A stretch of DNA of 62,488 nucleotides, filler included, from Pirum gemmata (taxonomy: Eukaryota): NCBI GenBank assembly GCA_002812295.1. It is 13 parts of 13 records of this genome, joined end to end, with 100 filler letters (N's around TTAATTAATTAA, not from the genome) between each part and the next. Parts side by side here need not be neighbours in the genome. Positions count along the whole stretch, not along the records: positions 57,802 to 62,488 come from PDIN01000958.1; 12 more parts are not named here. One strand, 5' to 3'. Below the pieces are notes generated by a model. The model was not told the DNA's origin, did no database searches, and saw only the letters and a list, made by a program, of their open reading frames with translations. How positions within the stretch are numbered: position 1 is the first letter of the stretch; each line of letters begins with the position of its first letter. Positions 58,713-62,488 of this stretch are shown in pieces. Position numbers and translations under genes: made by a program.

Positions 58713-61456
58713 CAAAATACCATTGTTTATGGTAAATGATAATGGAACCAGATTTGGGTCTTTCGGCCCTTGACATAATATATATTATCGTGCTTTTTAC
58801 TTATTTTGTCGTCATAAAATATACAATAAATAGTACCAAATTAATATAATAAAAATATTTATTTGTTTAAAAGTATCAATTTAAGTATTATAAACAACCA
58901 AATAAATATTCGGAGAGACAAAATAAATGAAAAGTACAATATCATATATATATTATATAATAATACATAATATTATTAATATCACGTAATATGTATAATG
59001 TATATCTATTATACAGTATTTATACACATCCATTATTAGTATAGACTCTTATAATACTGGTTTATAGAAGCTAGTGATAGTCAATTTTGTATCGTTTTAT
59101 AGTATTTAATATGGTGCAAAAGTGGGCAAACAATATAAAAAAGGTCGACTTTTTCGTTTCACCAGAAATTTCAGTTTTCGAATACCAGGAGGGGTAATAA
59201 AAAAAGTAGAACGTTTTTAGAGTGTTTTGCATCATATTTACGTGTATGATGGCTTTTGCTTTTAGACTATCGGTTTCTACCCGCAGTGTTTACATGATGT
59301 ACAGCAACAACAAAGTCTATCAATATACTAGCTAGCTAGCCACAGTAGAGACTAGCTAGAGACCCGCCACCACTGCCACCACTGCCACCACTGCCACCAC
59401 TGCCACCAATCTGCCACCAATGGCCGCCACACCAGTACAACAACAATAATAACAATAACTATTACTATTACTTACTACTACTGCAATGACAACCACAATA
59501 CTTATAGTAATAATAATTATTATTAATAATATTAATAATAATAATAACAATATATATGATATAATTATATATAATATATAATATTAATAATAGACGTAAT
59601 TTATATAATAGTACTAGTAATAATCATAAGAACCACAACAACATCATCATCACCATATATATCATAGCAGCAGCAACAACAACACTAGTATTAATATTTA
59701 TTTTTTCAAAATTATTTAAAAAATTAAAATAGCGCTAACAACAATGACATAACATTGTATTAATACAACAGTACTACTACAACTAACTACAACCTGTCGT
59801 TAACTATTTTGTTATTTTTGTATTTCTCAACTTCTCACCCGAGTCACCGCAACCAATATATGATACATTGATACTCATAATTTTGATAAAAGGTCTAGGG
59901 TCTTACAGCTAAATTAAATTTTTAATACTTATTAGGGAAGTCTTATAAATAAACACTGTCTTATGATAGATCATATAGAACTTATAGTCTTGTAGAAGCT
60001 ATCATATAATTCGTATTATCATAATTATTATTATTTGTGAAATTTTATTTTTTTTATGATACGACACACCATACTGTGGTCCATAGACCGAGCCTAACTC
60101 CAACCCCAGCCAGCTTCAACCCCCTAGCTAGCTAGACTACTAGACTAGCTAGGCTAGCTAGCTAGCTAGAGCTAGCTAGCTTCAACCTCCACGCCCATGT
60201 AGCTTTTTTAAAAAAGTATTTATAGAAATAATTTGAATGGTACCATTTAAATAGGTTACAACAATTAACACCTTTTTTGGAAAAAATTGGCATATTTTTG
60301 ATTATATTTTGGCCACTTTTAGTTTCATAAAAAGTGCAATTTAATTTGCCCAATCAAACGTGATTTTTCAAATTGGCCAAAAGTCACCAGACTTAGTATC
60401 ATATCAGTTTTTTTTTAAAAAAAAAAAAACACTTTACCCTCTACAGGGATAGAAAAAAAAAAATATTAGGTAAAATGTCGTAGGTATATTACCAAATTAT
60501 ATACAAAAATGACGTAAGTTTGTATCTTATTTTTTTTTCTGAGTGTCTGTTACGTATTATTTGCGTCATAAAAGTATACCAGTTAAAGATTATTTATGTC
60601 ATTTTACGTCATCAAAAAGGAATTGTGTTTGTAGACAAAAACCACACTAAGAAAAAAATGCACCTCATTGGCTAACTTAATTTGCATTGTTTTATTTTTT
60701 TTTTAAAAATAAAAATATGACAAAAGCAGAACTAAAAGCAGAGTAAAAGCAGCCTATTTAATCCAAAAATATCAGATTTTTGGCACTTTGGTTTAAATAC
60801 TGTCTTTGAAATTACCTCTATAAGAACTTGTACTATTGACTCAACTCATACACCCATCGTTGTTTTTGTCTATAGTTTCGATTGATACCAAGAACCTTAA
60901 TTAACATATTGTCAATTTAAAAGATTGAGAAGACAACTAATGAAATAGACGATAATTATTACACATTATTATTATTATCATTACTATTATTATTTAACCG
61001 CTAAGCCAGATAAAACTGTAGAAATCATATGCATTTTTTTTCTAAAGACTTCTTTTCTATGCTTAATTAATGCTAACTAGCAAAATTAGTTCATAATCGA
61101 GTTTTTTTCTCAAATTTTGGTAGTACTAGCTAGTAGTTGTACTTTCATGGATCATTTTGAGATTTTTTGGATTTTGAATAATATGGCGGATGTCGCCGTT
61201 TTTACTTGGGGTAGGTTTCACTGTAGGTTTCATGGTTTTTATCCGGCTTGGTCTAAAATTTTGGTAGTACTTTCGTTATTAAAATTGCAGCATTTTTTAT
61301 GGGCCTTTATGGCGGATAAAAAATTGTTATTTTAATTAAAATATAATTATTAATATTATAATAATCATTTATTTTTTTATTAATAAAATTTTTTTATTAC
61401 TATCGATAACGTTATACAATTACATTACGATATAATACTTATTCAGTTTTTTGTTA

Positions 61457-62461
61457 TTAATACATTATTTTTTGAATGATGGTTTTCATATCAATGGGGA
61501 AAAAATTAGCTAATTCTACATTCAAGAAACCAGCCAAATTTTCCTCAATTATACCCTTTAAAAGTTTCAAAACCAAAGGCATATTAGCCTTAATAACATT
61601 ATTAATAATGGAATTTAACAAAGGGATCTGGAGCCCCGTCACTTTCAAATCTACCCCTTCCAAATCTAAAGATAACTGTTTGATTTTTCCAAAATCAACC
61701 ATTAAACTATCACCATTAATATAACAATCAACTATTGCTTTAACACCCACCTGGTCTATGCCAACGGTAACGGCTGTGGAAAGTAATGCAGTACTTAAAA
61801 AGGCGTTAATAAACAGACCACTTCCTTGTATGTTGAGTTCTAATTGAGAAGCACTTTGTCCTGATAAATCTAACTTTAATAGTTTCGTACCTAATAATTT
61901 CATATTACTTAAGCCTAATACTTTTTGCAAAGTTACTTTGTATTTGATTAGAAGTAAAGTGCCTTCCATAACAACTCGATTATTGGCCTCGTAAGGATCA
62001 TAAGATCGGAGTAATCCTAACACCTTTTCGTTTATTTTGGGTAATGCATTGACAATCATCTTATTAATTGTTGTGGCTTGTTGCCGGGGTAAACTTGGTT
62101 GATTATTATAACTCCTACGTGAAAGTTGGTGGCGGTGTGGTGGTGGTGGTGGTGATGGTTGTTGTTGTTGTTGTTGCTGATGATGATGTTGTTGTTGTTG
62201 TTGTTGTTGTTGTTTGTTACTGGTATTAGTACTATTACTAGTACTAGTACTATTGATATTATTAATATTAATGTCATAGCTGTAGTTTTCAAGTTCTTGT
62301 ATAATATCATATTGTTGTGGTCGTGGTCGTGGTTGGATTGTCGTTGCTTGGCTACTTTGTTTAACAACAGGTAAGGGTGATGCACTACAATAATAATGAT
62401 TATTGCTTAAACTTCTAAATAGCAACAGAACTAGTGCTGTAAAAGAGGTAAGCGAAAACAT
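61457..62461 (-). CDS. Secreted protein: signal peptide, N/Q/P-rich pro-region, C-terminal TULIP (BPI/LBP/Takeout/Der p 7-like) lipid-binding-type domain
   Basis: 334-aa intact ORF; hydrophobic N-terminus; LSRR dibasic site; beta-strand pattern ending in VDLKVTGL followed by a long amphipathic helix; the fold is inferred. Confidence 0.72.
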   Translation of the reverse strand: MFSLTSFTALVLLLFRSLSNNHYYCSASPLPVVKQSSQATTIQPRPRPQQYDIIQELENYSYDININNINSTSTSNSTNTSNKQQQQQQQQHHHQQQQQQQPSPPPPPHRHQLSRRSYNNQPSLPRQQATTINKMIVNALPKINEKVLGLLRSYDPYEANNRVVMEGTLLLIKYKVTLQKVLGLSNMKLLGTKLLKLDLSGQSASQLELNIQGSGLFINAFLSTALLSTAVTVGIDQVGVKAIVDCYINGDSLMVDFGKIKQLSLDLEGVDLKVTGLQIPLLNSIINNVIKANMPLVLKLLKGIIEENLAGFLNVELANFFPIDMKTIIQKIMY

Positions 62462-62488
62462 TTTTATTATTATTATTATTATTATTAT

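Overview
This is very AT-rich eukaryotic DNA with standard code, GT-AG introns and TTAGGG repeats. A unicellular holozoan/opisthokont-type protist is plausible, but that is inference. It is not one locus: 13 contigs of about 4.7 kb are joined by artificial 100-nt linkers (N44-TTAATTAATTAA-N44), so adjacency across linkers means nothing. Host genes: an intronless bacterial-like SDR, a tRNA-Asn(GTT), a multi-exon RasGAP with a C-terminal SH3, 40S ribosomal protein S2 (uS5), a secreted TULIP/BPI-like protein, and partial genes (RWD-like exon, acidic Tyr-rich tail, trypsin/V8-like pseudo-protease). Mobile DNA dominates. It includes a Ty1/Copia element with a Tudor-like domain between integrase and RT, apparently non-canonical LTR ends and a tRNA-Arg anticodon-arm PBS. 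There are also three decayed APE-type LINE pieces around the tRNA gene, an ISL2EU/Harbinger-type transposase pseudogene, several MITE families, satellites and interstitial telomeric arrays. A small RNA polymerase largest-subunit fragment resembles giant-virus RPB1. All family calls come from motif recognition by eye; no database search was run.
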